Shown piece after piece: positions 35,707-46,822 of a stretch of DNA of 64,000 nt. Under the pieces are notes generated by a model. The model was not told the DNA's origin, did not search any database, and was given only the letters and a program-made list of their open reading frames with translations. Every line of letters starts with the position of its first letter. The stretch's first letter is position 1. Origin of the DNA: a virus; IMG/VR virus record IMGVR_UViG_3300030107_001040, positions 1 through 64,000 of that record; one strand, 5' to 3'. Made by a program: the position numbers and the translations under genes.

Positions 35707-38700
35707 ATGTCCCTAACTAGACTAAAGAATATTATTACGTCCCGTACGGGACGTATTATTTACGTTAACCCAGACGACTTTGATGCTTCTGATTCCATTG
35801 ACAACAGGGGTAACTCTGCTCTGCGTCCTTTTAAGTCTTTACAAAGGGCATTCCTAGAAGTAGCAAGATTTTCATATAGAGTTGGTTTGAGTAATGACGA
35901 GTTTGATGCTTTCAGCATCATGCTTTATCCTGCTGAGTATGTGGTAGATAATAGACCAGGAGATGTTTTATATACTAACGTTGCACCTATTGACGCTAAC
36001 TCAAACTTAGATTTAACCTCACCTAATAATGTATTATATAAGTATAACTCAACAGAAGGTGGTATTATTGTACCTAGAGGTTGTTCTGTTGTTGGTACAG
36101 ACCTTAGAAGAACTAAAATAATTCCAAAGTATGTTCCTTATCCTACAACATACGCTGCTAAAGGCATAAACACAGAAGCACAGATTCCACCTAGGACAGC
36201 AATTTTCAAGGTAACTGGTGGTACTTACTTCTGGCAATTCTCATTCTTTGATGGTGCAGAAGAAGGTGTATATTTCAAACCAGATTCTACAGAGACATTA
36301 GCACCTAAGTATTCACACCATAGACTCACATGTTTTGAGTTTGCTGATGGTTTGAATACACTATCAACACTTATTACAAATGGTACAGTTCCTAACGCAG
36401 ATTATTCTGCAGTTGCTAATATATTAACAAGAACTGACCTAGACATATACTATCAGAAAGTATCTAAGGCATTCGCAACTATTCCTGATACATCTGGTGA
36501 TCCTACAACTGACCAGATTCAAGCAAGGGTAGAAGAAAATAGAATCGTTGGTCCTATTAGTGATGAATACAGAGTTTTACAAATTACAAGAAACGGACAA
36601 ACCGCTACTGCTGTTACTGTTGATGAATTTGACAATCCTAGAGATCATGGATTCTCTGTGGGTGTTAATATTAACGTATCTGGTGTTACTGGGTCAACAG
36701 GACCACAGTCAGAACCTGATGCGGCGATATATAATGGATCGTTTACTGTAACATCTGCATCTGGTAACGTATTTACATATCAAATGCAATCAGAACCTTC
36801 AGGTAATGCTGTTGGTTCAAACATAACAGTTAAGACTGAGATTGATACTGTTGACTCAGCATCACCTTATGCTTTCAACCTATCACTAAGAAGTGTGTGG
36901 GGTATGAATGGTATGCACGCTGATGGTAGTAAAGCAACTGGTTTCAAATCAATGGTTGTTGCTCAGTTTACTGGACTATCACTACAGAAAGATGACAGAG
37001 CATTCGTTAGATATAATGCAACAACAGGTAGCTATGATGTAGCAACTTCTGGAGATGGTGCTCACTTAGATGGATTTGCTGAGTATAGAAAAGGTTGGGG
37101 ACATAGACATATATTAGCATCTAATGATGCGTTCATACAGGCAGTTTCTGTGTTCGCTGTTGGATTCCAAGGACACTTCACTGCTGAGGCTGGTGCTGAT
37201 ATGTCCATTACGAACTCCAACTCTAACTTTGGTAGTACTGCATTAAGATCTGCTGGATTTAAAGCTAAAGCATTCTCTAAAGATAAAGCAGGAGCAGTAA
37301 CTCACGTTGTTCCACCTAAAGCACTCAATGTTATTTCAACATCTGCTACAGGAGTAAGTGGTGCTAATACAATTACATTAACTGATGATGGATCTGTTAA
37401 TGGTGTTATTGAAGGTATGACGGTTCATGGAACAGGTATTGGAACTTCATCTACAGTTGGTAATGTTAATACAAATACTAGAGTTATCACATTAACAGTT
37501 AATAATAGTGCTACTGTTAGTGGTAATGTTATTTTCGGTGAAGAAACATCTGTTAACTGGGTTAACATTGATATTCAAAGAACTAAGACAGTTAACGCTG
37601 CATTAGCAGGTCAGGGTGGTACTCCTGGAACAAGATTGTACCTATATGGTTACACAGTTCAGGCATCTCCACCAACGACAAGAGTTCAAGGTTACACAGT
37701 TGGTGCTAGACAAGATGGCACTGGTGGTAGTGCAGTACCAGATAAGATTAATTGTTTGCTTGTTGCTCAAGGAGCATCTGAAGCATCAACACATTACGCA
37801 TCTATATCACCTTATGGTCCTAGTGTATCTGGTCTTGCTGCTGGTGTTGCTGGATCACCACTTCAATATGACAGTGCAACTTATACTATAGGTGGTGTTG
37901 CTAACTCAGTTGGTGGATGGTATTTAAATGTTAGTGCAACTAACAACACAATTTATACTACTCTATCTACTAATACTACTTACAATACAGTCAACTTTAC
38001 TCCAACAACATTCCTTAAGAGAATACCTGACCCAAGAGACTTACAAGATAGAACTTATCGTGTTAGGTATGTAATTGATAAAGATAAGACTAACCCATTA
38101 CCAAGAGATCCTATCTCTGGTTATGTATTACAACCATTGAACAGTGATACTACATCATATAATCTTACTAAGTGTTTCTACATCTATGATATTGAAACGG
38201 TTCAGAAGTTTGTAAGAGGATCTACAGATGGTATCTATTATCTAACTCTTCTTTGCGGATCTATTGCACCTTCAACATCTAACTTCAATGATAGGAAGTT
38301 CTCACAGAATGTGAACGAAGTTTATCCTACGTTTGACAGAGATAATCCTGTTGCTGATCCTACTGCTGCAACTTCTGTAGCAAATAATGAAACTATTGGA
38401 TTGGTTAATTCAACTGATGGTGCAACTCCACCAGCATTAGATCCAAAACTTTCTATTACTAAGGAAGCAATTCAATTTATGTTGCAGGATAGTGGTTGGA
38501 CTCAACCAGGTACTACTCCAAACTATGATTCCGTTAATGGTAGATTATCTAGTATTGATTTAACTGCTCGTGCAGGTGATGAGGAAACAAGAAAGATTAA
38601 TATAAGAGAAAATAATGATGGAACAGTCGCACCTATTAACGTAGAGTTTAGACGACATTCAATTCTAAGATCTGGTAACCATACATTTGAGTATCTCGGT

Positions 38701-39666
38701 TTTGGTCCAGGTAACTACTCAACAGCATTCCCTCAAGCACAGGTTGAAACTTTAGATTCTAACCAAGTTAGATTCTCTCAGAGTATTAAAGAGGAAGCGG
38801 GTGTTGCATTCTATTCAGGATTGAACTCTCAAGGTGACCTATACATTGGTAACCAGGTTATTAACCCAGTTACAGGTCAGGTTACTACTGAAGATGTTGC
38901 TCAACTTAATGTTGTTGGTGAAGAGAACACAACTATTGAGACTTTCTCTGAATTAGTATTAACAGATAAATTAACCGTAATTGGTGGTGCATCTAACCAG
39001 TTAGAATCTATATTCGCTGGTCCAGTTACATTCCAAGGACAGACAACATTTACTGGTAATGCTTCTGTTAGAAAATTAACTTATACTAATGCAGATGGTA
39101 CTGTAATTAAACAGACATTACTTGCACCGAAACTTGCAACTGGTTTACCTGACTTCTCTAATATCGTAGGATATGATACACCTGCTGATGGTGATTTAGT
39201 TTATAATATTAACTGGACACCTGGTGATTCACTTGGTTGGATACACTATAATGGAAATTGGAAAGAATTTGGTTTAACTGACACTGGTCAAATTAATATT
39301 GCTACATTTACTAATGACCAACATATTGGTATTGGAGTAGCAGCATCATCTGGATATAGGGTTGATGTTAATGGTAACGTCAGAGTTGATGGTAACTTAG
39401 TTGTTACTGGAACTGGTGGTATTTCCTCTGCAGGATATATTACTAAGTCATACACTGGTGATGGATCACAGTTAACATTTGCTGTGACTACTTACGGTGG
39501 TGGCATTAAGCACACTGCAAGTTCGTTGTTAGTGTCCTTAAATGGTGTTGTGCAAATTGCAGGAACAAATTATACCGTTGACACTAATGGTGCTAACGTT
39601 GTATTTGGCTCTGGTGATGCACCACTGGCAACAGACGTAGTTCACATCCTAGAGATGCCTATATAA
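35707..39666 (+). CDS. Large virion structural/tail fibre protein
   Basis: M.L.RL.N, RPFKSLQRA..E.ARFSY, GTDLRRTKI, GFGPGNYSTAFP. Confidence 0.8.
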   Translation: MSLTRLKNIITSRTGRIIYVNPDDFDASDSIDNRGNSALRPFKSLQRAFLEVARFSYRVGLSNDEFDAFSIMLYPAEYVVDNRPGDVLYTNVAPIDANSNLDLTSPNNVLYKYNSTEGGIIVPRGCSVVGTDLRRTKIIPKYVPYPTTYAAKGINTEAQIPPRTAIFKVTGGTYFWQFSFFDGAEEGVYFKPDSTETLAPKYSHHRLTCFEFADGLNTLSTLITNGTVPNADYSAVANILTRTDLDIYYQKVSKAFATIPDTSGDPTTDQIQARVEENRIVGPISDEYRVLQITRNGQTATAVTVDEFDNPRDHGFSVGVNINVSGVTGSTGPQSEPDAAIYNGSFTVTSASGNVFTYQMQSEPSGNAVGSNITVKTEIDTVDSASPYAFNLSLRSVWGMNGMHADGSKATGFKSMVVAQFTGLSLQKDDRAFVRYNATTGSYDVATSGDGAHLDGFAEYRKGWGHRHILASNDAFIQAVSVFAVGFQGHFTAEAGADMSITNSNSNFGSTALRSAGFKAKAFSKDKAGAVTHVVPPKALNVISTSATGVSGANTITLTDDGSVNGVIEGMTVHGTGIGTSSTVGNVNTNTRVITLTVNNSATVSGNVIFGEETSVNWVNIDIQRTKTVNAALAGQGGTPGTRLYLYGYTVQASPPTTRVQGYTVGARQDGTGGSAVPDKINCLLVAQGASEASTHYASISPYGPSVSGLAAGVAGSPLQYDSATYTIGGVANSVGGWYLNVSATNNTIYTTLSTNTTYNTVNFTPTTFLKRIPDPRDLQDRTYRVRYVIDKDKTNPLPRDPISGYVLQPLNSDTTSYNLTKCFYIYDIETVQKFVRGSTDGIYYLTLLCGSIAPSTSNFNDRKFSQNVNEVYPTFDRDNPVADPTAATSVANNETIGLVNSTDGATPPALDPKLSITKEAIQFMLQDSGWTQPGTTPNYDSVNGRLSSIDLTARAGDEETRKINIRENNDGTVAPINVEFRRHSILRSGNHTFEYLGFGPGNYSTAFPQAQVETLDSNQVRFSQSIKEEAGVAFYSGLNSQGDLYIGNQVINPVTGQVTTEDVAQLNVVGEENTTIETFSELVLTDKLTVIGGASNQLESIFAGPVTFQGQTTFTGNASVRKLTYTNADGTVIKQTLLAPKLATGLPDFSNIVGYDTPADGDLVYNINWTPGDSLGWIHYNGNWKEFGLTDTGQINIATFTNDQHIGIGVAASSGYRVDVNGNVRVDGNLVVTGTGGISSAGYITKSYTGDGSQLTFAVTTYGGGIKHTASSLLVSLNGVVQIAGTNYTVDTNGANVVFGSGDAPLATDVVHILEMPI

Positions 39667-39687
39667 AAAGGAGGAAACTAAAGCAAT

Positions 39688-40104
39688 ATGGCAATTTCAA
39701 AGATTAGTGGAAATCAAATTTCTACTTCCACATCCGCAATCATTACTACTTTAAGTTTCTTAAACACGAATAGTGTTTTGAAGATTCCTACAGGTACTAC
39801 AGCACAACGTCCAACGGGTGTTAGTGTTGGAACAATGCGTTTTAACTCATCAACAGACGCAGCAGAAATTTATAAAGCAGATGATGGAACTGGTAGTGCT
39901 GGATGGGCTTCAGTTTCTGGTGGAGGACCATCTTTAGGAGATAAGTCTGTCATTAGAACTAATGCAGCAACAATAGCAGAGAATATTACGGTTGGACCAA
40001 CCGCAGGAGCAGAATTTGCAAACGGAATGAGTGCAGGTCCGATAACAATTAACTCAGGTTTCACAGTAACAGTAGAATCTGGTGGAGCATGGAGTATTAG
40101 ATAA
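39688..40104 (+). CDS. Small fibre-associated protein
   Basis: IPTGTTAQRP...GTMRFN motif; SAGPITI. Confidence 0.75.
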   Translation: MAISKISGNQISTSTSAIITTLSFLNTNSVLKIPTGTTAQRPTGVSVGTMRFNSSTDAAEIYKADDGTGSAGWASVSGGGPSLGDKSVIRTNAATIAENITVGPTAGAEFANGMSAGPITINSGFTVTVESGGAWSIR

Positions 40105-40994
40105 TGAAACTCAATGTCGGTCAAATACAAGGCTTGTCTGGCAACAGTTTCAATGTCACAATACCAGATAATACAGCACTAGAATTTAATGGGAGTTCGT
40201 TGAGGATTTTAAATCCTGCTACGGGTTCCTTTCCTTGTCCTAATGGGACAGCAGCAGAATGGGATGCTAACGAAAGAGAGAAACAACATAAACCTTACAT
40301 AGATGGTCAGATAAGATTTAATGCTGACACTAATGGATTACAGTGTTACTATAATGGTCAGTGGATGGTTGCTTCTACTGATTCTTCAAATCCAGGAGAC
40401 AGTCAAGATAATCCTGCAGCAAGTGGAACTGCAATTAAAGATGCTGGAAAACCAAGTGGTCTTTATTGGATTAAACCTAATAGTGGTTCAACTGCATACG
40501 AGATGTATGTTGACACAACTAGAAATGGTGGTGGATGGGTATTAGTTGCTAGAGTTACTACAGCAAGTTGTCAGGCACACATGACCACTTCAGCAGTTGG
40601 TGTATCTGGAACTACTGGTCCTAGGTTAACTAATACCTCAACAGTTAAGATGTCAGATAGTTGGATAAATGAACTAAGGACTGCTTCTCCTTATACTGGT
40701 TCAACACGTTGGTGGCTTGAAGCAGATGGATGGAATAAGGATATGTTTGTTGATTCTGCTGCAACAATGGATGGTTTATCCAGTGCATCTAACCAGAATG
40801 AAAGAACAAGAGTATCTACTTCATACGAAGGAACTATAAGTGATCAAGGTCCGAATACTGGTACTAGAGGATTTGGTGACCACCATACAAACAGTACATA
40901 TTTTGCTTGGGGTAGACACCCTGAACAGAATAACAACTGTGGATTCCGTCAGGATAGTTTAGGTTCTTCTAACGGATACCTGTGGCTTAAATAA
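40104..40994 (+). CDS. Fibre protein with fibrinogen-like/lectin-type C-terminal domain
   Basis: NPA.S, SGLYWIKP, YVD....GGGWVLV. Confidence 0.7.
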   Translation: MKLNVGQIQGLSGNSFNVTIPDNTALEFNGSSLRILNPATGSFPCPNGTAAEWDANEREKQHKPYIDGQIRFNADTNGLQCYYNGQWMVASTDSSNPGDSQDNPAASGTAIKDAGKPSGLYWIKPNSGSTAYEMYVDTTRNGGGWVLVARVTTASCQAHMTTSAVGVSGTTGPRLTNTSTVKMSDSWINELRTASPYTGSTRWWLEADGWNKDMFVDSAATMDGLSSASNQNERTRVSTSYEGTISDQGPNTGTRGFGDHHTNSTYFAWGRHPEQNNNCGFRQDSLGSSNGYLWLK

Positions 40995-41015
40995 ATATAG
41001 AAAAGTAGTAATCTT

Positions 41016-41972
41016 ATGAGTCAATTACAAACTGGTGGATTAGGAGGAATCGCTCAAACACTGAATCAAGTTACAGTTCCCGCAGGACATAATTTGGTAA
41101 TTGATGGTGATATACTTCATCATAATGGTAATGGAGCATTTACGATTCCTGCTGGTACAACAGCCCAGAGACCAGGAAGTCCAAATAGGGGCGATATGAG
41201 ATTTAATACTTCTGATGATGCTCTTGAAGTTTGGACTGGAACTGATTGGAAACAATATGGTATTGCTTTAGGTACTAGTTCTGGTAATCCTGCAGAATCT
41301 GCTGCTGCTATTCTTGCTAATGATGCTAGTGCAACTGATGGTGTTTACTGGTTAAGTCATTCAGGAGGATCGGGAGCATATCAAGCATATTGTGATATGA
41401 GTAATGGTGGTTATATATTAGTTGGTAAGGTATCATCTTCACCTGCTGATACATCTAACCCTTGGTCATATAGTGGAGCAAGATGGACTGCAACTTCACC
41501 TCATAGTGAAGATGGTTGTCAGAGTACTGGTGCTGGTGATTCCCTAAATAGAGGGTATTATGAACATACTCTTGCCACAGGATTTAGATTTTCTATGAAT
41601 ACAGTTGGTAATGTTCTTTCAGTAGCAAGGACGGGAGTTACTCCTAGACAAGCATTTACTGGAGCAGCATACAACACTAATAAGAGTAGAAGTGATTTTC
41701 TAAACTGGATACCTAATAGTAGTAGTGAGTGGAACAACCAACCTCATTGTAATAGAAACGGTTTTAACAGAACTGACTCTAGTGGTAGTGCTATGAGATA
41801 TGGTCATACTATGAACAATGAGAATGAGTGTAACTCTAACGATTCTGCTATTGGATTTGGTTGTTATACTAATAGCCAAAGTAGCAGTGGTGATAGAAAT
41901 TGTGCTTGCGGTGGTTTCCGATGGAATGGAACTACAAGATGGGCATACAACGGTTGGATTTGGGTTAAGTAA
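41016..41972 (+). CDS. Fibre protein with fibrinogen-like/lectin-type C-terminal domain
   Basis: PAGTTAQRP, DGVYWL, YCDMSNGGYILV, GWIWVK. Confidence 0.7.
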   Translation: MSQLQTGGLGGIAQTLNQVTVPAGHNLVIDGDILHHNGNGAFTIPAGTTAQRPGSPNRGDMRFNTSDDALEVWTGTDWKQYGIALGTSSGNPAESAAAILANDASATDGVYWLSHSGGSGAYQAYCDMSNGGYILVGKVSSSPADTSNPWSYSGARWTATSPHSEDGCQSTGAGDSLNRGYYEHTLATGFRFSMNTVGNVLSVARTGVTPRQAFTGAAYNTNKSRSDFLNWIPNSSSEWNNQPHCNRNGFNRTDSSGSAMRYGHTMNNENECNSNDSAIGFGCYTNSQSSSGDRNCACGGFRWNGTTRWAYNGWIWVK

Positions 41973-41974
41973 CT

Positions 41975-42877
41975 ATGAGTATTATACGTGTAGGAACAAT
42001 AGAAGGAACTTCTGATACTGACTATCATATTCAGATGGAATCTACTGCTGATATTAAAGTAGAGGGTGGATTAACTGTTGCAGATAGAGCGCAAGTTACT
42101 ATCCCTGTAGGAACTGAGGCACAAAGACCAGGTACTCCTGCTGCTGGAATGATAAGAGTAAATACAGAGAATGATGGTGCATTTGAAGTTTATACTGGAT
42201 CAGGATGGGCTCCAATACTAACACCACCACCACCCCCTGAAACTGGAGGCGGCGGTGGCGGCGGCGGAGGACCAGAAATAGGTTCTAATGGTAATCCTGC
42301 TACAAGTGGTATGGCATTATTAGCAGCAGGTAAGACCAGTGGAATATATTGGGTGAAACCTGGAAGTGAATCAGCATACGAAATGTATTATAATGGTAGT
42401 GATAACGGTGGAGGATGGATACTTTGTGCTCGTGTAAGAACTAATACTTGTCAGGATCATGTAAATAATGGTGCTGTTCGTATCAGTGGAACTACTGGTC
42501 CGAGGACTGGAGACACTGATACATCAAAAATGCCAGATAGTTGGATCAATGCTTTGCGTTCAGCATCAACATATACTGGTCCTACTGCATATTGGTTAGA
42601 AGCAGATGGTTGGGGTGCAAATATGTTTGTTGACTCTAATGCTACTGTTGATTTAGTATCTTCTGCTAGTAATCAAAACGAAAGGACAAGAGTAACTACT
42701 TCATATGAAGGTGGTTTAAGTGATAGAGGTCCGAACTCTGGTACTAGAGGATTTGGTGACCACCATACTTCTGGTAATACATACTATGCGTGGGCTAGAC
42801 ACCCAGAGCAAGGTAATAATTGCGGATTTAGATCTGATGCTAGAGGTGCCTCACATGGCAGACTCTGGGTTAAATAA
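41975..42877 (+). CDS. Fibre protein with fibrinogen-like/lectin-type C-terminal domain
   Basis: PVGTEAQRP, Pro5/Gly9 linker; C-domain closely similar to 40104-40994. Confidence 0.7.
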   Translation: MSIIRVGTIEGTSDTDYHIQMESTADIKVEGGLTVADRAQVTIPVGTEAQRPGTPAAGMIRVNTENDGAFEVYTGSGWAPILTPPPPPETGGGGGGGGGPEIGSNGNPATSGMALLAAGKTSGIYWVKPGSESAYEMYYNGSDNGGGWILCARVRTNTCQDHVNNGAVRISGTTGPRTGDTDTSKMPDSWINALRSASTYTGPTAYWLEADGWGANMFVDSNATVDLVSSASNQNERTRVTTSYEGGLSDRGPNSGTRGFGDHHTSGNTYYAWARHPEQGNNCGFRSDARGASHGRLWVK

Positions 42878-42908
42878 TATAAATAACTAACAAAAGACAG
42901 TTGCAACA

Positions 42909-44096
42909 ATGTCAGAAATAAGAGTTGATAAAATCAAAGGAACTAATGTCGGAGCTGGTGGCAAGGACATTCAGTTTGATGGTAGTGGTAATATAGTATA
43001 TACTGGCAACTTGAGCAGTGTCGGAACTATTACAGCATCAAACGCTACACTTTCTACACTATTAACAATTCCCAACTATGCTACTGCTAGTTTACCTGCT
43101 AGCCCTGCTGTTGGAACTATAGCGTATGATACTGATGAAACAGTAATGAAAGTATACACTGGATCTGATAATGGATGGGTCGGTGTAGGATCTGCTGCTG
43201 GTGGTGCAGCAACTGGAAGTGGAGGAAACGTAACAACTTCTGGTGGATATACCATACACCAATTTACAGGTAATGGAACATTTACTGTTGCAGGAGCATC
43301 TGGTTTAACTGTTGACGTTCTTCTCGTAGGAGGAGGTGGAGGCGGTGGAACCCGTAATGCTGGTCCTAATACTGGTGGAACTGATGGAGGTTCTGGTGGT
43401 GGTGCTGGAGGATGGGTTCAAGTTTCTGGACAAACTCTTGCAGAAGGAAGTTTCCCAGTCAATGTTGGTGGTGGAGGAACTGGATATAATAATCCAGGTC
43501 AACAACAACATGGAACCTCTGGTAGTCCATCAACCTTTAATGGTCTTGTAGCATACGGTGGAGGTTGGGGTGCATCTGGACCTGGCAACCGACCTGGTGG
43601 ACAAGGCGGATCAGGCGGTGGAGCAGGAGGAGGCGGTGGTTCACCTGGACAAGGTGGACAAGCAACTCAACCTGGCGCACCTGGTCAATCAGGTTCTAAT
43701 GGTCATGGTCACGATGGTGGTCCTAATCCTAACCAAGCACCTTACACTGGATCTGGTGGAGGTGGTGCTGGCGGTGGCGGAGCACAAGGAGGTAACTCAC
43801 GTCAAGCACCTGGAGGAAGTGGACGTGCTAGTACATATTCTGGCAGTTCAGTAACCTACGCTGGTGGTGGCGGAGGTGGAGGTGGTTATCCTTCACCAAC
43901 TAGAGGTGGTAACGGTGGACCTGGTGGCGGTGGTCATGGTGGTTCTTCACCTCAAAGATCAGGAGATGGTAGAGGTGGTAATGGATCTGGAAACCGTGGC
44001 GGCGGTGGAGGAGGCGGTGCAGGAAGCAGTTGGCCTCAAGGTGGTGCTGGACAAGGTGGATCTGGTATCGTTGTTATTCGCTATCCAACCCCTTAA
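42909..44096 (+). CDS. Glycine-rich fibre protein
   Basis: VGGGGGGG...GSGIVVIRY glycine-rich domain; late TATAAATA at 42878-42885. Confidence 0.75.
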   Translation: MSEIRVDKIKGTNVGAGGKDIQFDGSGNIVYTGNLSSVGTITASNATLSTLLTIPNYATASLPASPAVGTIAYDTDETVMKVYTGSDNGWVGVGSAAGGAATGSGGNVTTSGGYTIHQFTGNGTFTVAGASGLTVDVLLVGGGGGGGTRNAGPNTGGTDGGSGGGAGGWVQVSGQTLAEGSFPVNVGGGGTGYNNPGQQQHGTSGSPSTFNGLVAYGGGWGASGPGNRPGGQGGSGGGAGGGGGSPGQGGQATQPGAPGQSGSNGHGHDGGPNPNQAPYTGSGGGGAGGGGAQGGNSRQAPGGSGRASTYSGSSVTYAGGGGGGGGYPSPTRGGNGGPGGGGHGGSSPQRSGDGRGGNGSGNRGGGGGGGAGSSWPQGGAGQGGSGIVVIRYPTP

Positions 44097-45700
44097 ATTA
44101 AGACTTCATAGTCAGGAAAATATATATGATCTATTTCAGAATCTTGTAAGGTTCTGACAGCATCTTCAGGAGTTTCTACAATACATTTACCAGCAAGGTT
44201 AAATGATGTATTGAATAACACAGGAACTCCTGTTTTTTCATGGAATTTTTTAATTAGATCATAGAAATGTTTGTTCTGTTCTCTAGTTACTGTCTGAACC
44301 CTACATGTAGAATCGATGTGAGTGATTCCAGGTAAATTTTTGGTCAATGTACTTACAGCATACATCATAAAAGGACTTTCTTTTAGTCCACGCATATCAA
44401 AATATTCATCTGCATACTCTTGTAACACTGCACCAGCAAAGGGTCTAAAGTGTTCTCTCTTTTTAATTCTGTTTATCTTATCCTTTGCATTAGGATCACG
44501 TGGATCATATAGTATAGATCTATTACCTAATGCTCTTGGTCCTGCTTCAGATCTCTTTTGGAATATAGCAACAACCTTTCCATCTACTAATAGATCAGCA
44601 ACTTCATCAACAGTAGTAGACCATAGGTTTGGTAGGAAACCAACTTCTCTTTCTGGTCCTAGGTATAGACTGGTGAGTTTTCTTTTAGTAGTATCACCCG
44701 TTTCTTTATGCCACATGTATTTGGCAGCACCAATAGATGTTCCTGCATCACTTGATACTGGTTCAATATAAAGGTTCACATCTTTAGGAAGGATACTTAG
44801 ATAATAATAGTTTGCTACACAATTAAGAAAGAAACCACCAGACAGACATACGTTTTTCTGTCCAGTTAATCTAATCATATCTAAGATGTATTGTCCTACA
44901 TGTTCTTGTGTTTGTTTCTGTAGAGTATAGGCAAGATCACACTTACTTTGAAAATCTAGTACAGTATAATTGACCCCAGTTTCGAGCAATGTACTTCCAA
45001 TGTAGAATATTTCATTGTTTATGAAACCATCCTTGTATATTTCTATTGGTAATTCCTTTCCATAAGATGCCATACCCATTACCTTTCCAGCATCTAGTTC
45101 ATGGAAACCATATAGCATGGAGAGTTTCTGAAATGCTAATGCTTCTCCAATATTATTGGATATAACTAACTCATCAAACCTATTGTTTGCTTCAAATGGT
45201 ACAGCAACATGCTTGTCAACAGTTACAAAATCTGCTGGATATGATCCAATATATGTTGTTGTTAGTTCTCTTCCATAGGTTCCTTTCATAAAATGATCTC
45301 CTATTAAAGGATAGTCAGAACCCATACCATCCTTTACAATACATAATGCTTCATCAAATCCAGAGTTATAGAAGGCATGAGCAGCATGTAACTTATGATG
45401 TGATAGAGAGAGATCGTGAACCTTTGTATCGTATTTGTTTTCTTTTGTTTTTACATATAAACTATAAGCATCATCATCAATAAAACAATCTGCTGGAGTC
45501 AGTTTACCAACACCAGCAATACATATATTATCTAAGTCACTTGTATCTAATTTCTGAAGACATTGGAAAGGAAAACCATCATATTTTCTACCCGATAGTC
45601 TCTCGTTCTCTAGGTGGTAGACAAATTCACCATTCTGTAGTAGAGTGGTAGCAGAGTTATGGACACGACTTATTCCTAAATTTCTCACGTTCTTATTCAT
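44093..45700 (-). CDS. Carbamoyltransferase (NodU/CmcH family)
   Basis: ERL...K, HH.LHA..AFY.SGF, GKVMGMASYG, SDAGTSIG, SEAGPRALGNRS, KKREHFRPFA, NTSFN. Confidence 0.93.
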   Translation of the reverse strand: MNKNVRNLGISRVHNSATTLLQNGEFVYHLENERLSGRKYDGFPFQCLQKLDTSDLDNICIAGVGKLTPADCFIDDDAYSLYVKTKENKYDTKVHDLSLSHHKLHAAHAFYNSGFDEALCIVKDGMGSDYPLIGDHFMKGTYGRELTTTYIGSYPADFVTVDKHVAVPFEANNRFDELVISNNIGEALAFQKLSMLYGFHELDAGKVMGMASYGKELPIEIYKDGFINNEIFYIGSTLLETGVNYTVLDFQSKCDLAYTLQKQTQEHVGQYILDMIRLTGQKNVCLSGGFFLNCVANYYYLSILPKDVNLYIEPVSSDAGTSIGAAKYMWHKETGDTTKRKLTSLYLGPEREVGFLPNLWSTTVDEVADLLVDGKVVAIFQKRSEAGPRALGNRSILYDPRDPNAKDKINRIKKREHFRPFAGAVLQEYADEYFDMRGLKESPFMMYAVSTLTKNLPGITHIDSTCRVQTVTREQNKHFYDLIKKFHEKTGVPVLFNTSFNLAGKCIVETPEDAVRTLQDSEIDHIYFPDYEVLI

Positions 45701-45731
45701 AACTACATAATTATAACACGAATTTTTTAAT

Positions 45732-46286
45732 ATGGCATATCAGACAATGTGGTTTGATACTGAGATACCAGAAGACCTCGTTGATATTATAGAGAGGGAG
45801 ATCAGTCATTATGAGGATAAATCTAATGCTGCTTCAATTTCTAGTGGTATAGATAAAGAGATCAGAGATAGTAGAACTGCTTGGATCAGTGACAACCATT
45901 GGGTACCTGGTCTTTGTATGTCCTATATTTTAAAGGCAAACAAGGACAATTTCCAGTATGATATTACTGGTATAGATGGTGGTGAGATGCAATACACTAT
46001 CTATGAGGAAGGTATGTTTTATGATTGGCATCAAGATGCTGGTGTTGAAGCATTAGAAAATGATGCAGTAAGAAAGTTATCAATCATTCTTCAGTTGTCT
46101 AATCCTGAAGATTATGAGGGTGGAGAAGTGGAACTAATAAATGAATCAGGTAATCCATATTTCGTTCCTAAGAAGCGTGGAACATTAATTGTATTTGATA
46201 GTAGAACTAAGCATAGGGTTAAGGAAGTCTTTAGTGGTAAGAGGAAATCATTAGTCGGATGGGTTGTTGGACCTAGGTGGAAGTAA
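45732..46286 (+). CDS. 2OG-Fe(II) oxygenase
   Basis: WHQD, RKLS, YEGG, HRV, RKSLVGW. Confidence 0.92.
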   Translation: MAYQTMWFDTEIPEDLVDIIEREISHYEDKSNAASISSGIDKEIRDSRTAWISDNHWVPGLCMSYILKANKDNFQYDITGIDGGEMQYTIYEEGMFYDWHQDAGVEALENDAVRKLSIILQLSNPEDYEGGEVELINESGNPYFVPKKRGTLIVFDSRTKHRVKEVFSGKRKSLVGWVVGPRWK

Positions 46287-46822
46287 TGTTTCATATTCCT
46301 TTATACCATTATAAAGTTCAGGACTGGGAGCGAAAGCAAGATAAATTACTTGATTTGTATTGTGACATTGCTTCAGACTTAGAGAACTGTAATGATGAGT
46401 TGTCTGACGTTTATACTGACTACTTTAATAACTATGGTAAGACTAGATATAAGAATTTTGTTGTTGATATATTACGTGATGAACTAGGTAGGTTTCAAGA
46501 TGAGGAACAGTTATACAAACCATTTGTAGATGAGATGTGGATACAGAAATATGTTGAAGGATCTTTCCATACTCCTCATAATCATGGTCAATTAGGATTT
46601 AGTTCAGTATTATACGTTAAATTTGATGCCAATGTACATACTCCTACACGATTTATTGCACCATTCCCCGATATTCGTGGTAATATATTAGAGCATTCAC
46701 CAGAAGTAGAAGAAGGATCTATAGTATTTTTTCCATCCATGTTACACCATTACGTCTTACCAAATGAAGCAAAAGATGTTAGAATAATACTCTCCATGAA
46801 TATTCGGGAGGGTAAAGACTAA
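46286..46822 (+). CDS. Putative 2OG-Fe(II) oxygenase (HxH type)
   Basis: HNH, FPS...H, R...S.N. Confidence 0.8.
   Translation: MFHIPLYHYKVQDWERKQDKLLDLYCDIASDLENCNDELSDVYTDYFNNYGKTRYKNFVVDILRDELGRFQDEEQLYKPFVDEMWIQKYVEGSFHTPHNHGQLGFSSVLYVKFDANVHTPTRFIAPFPDIRGNILEHSPEVEEGSIVFFPSMLHHYVLPNEAKDVRIILSMNIREGKD

Noticed and set aside
42221-42270. GC-rich hairpin formed by CCA and GGC runs
   Set aside because: Explained by Pro5 and Gly9 codons; pairing is imperfect
40104-42877. Diversity-generating retroelement template/variable repeat pair
   Set aside because: Both copies are coding, the differences are not adenine-specific, and no reverse transcriptase is present in the window
43305-44157. Alternate-frame Val-rich ORFs and GGT repeats in Gly-rich genes (also 22355, 24751, 37616)
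   Set aside because: By-products of GGN codon runs; no SD or coupling and no regular repeat unit
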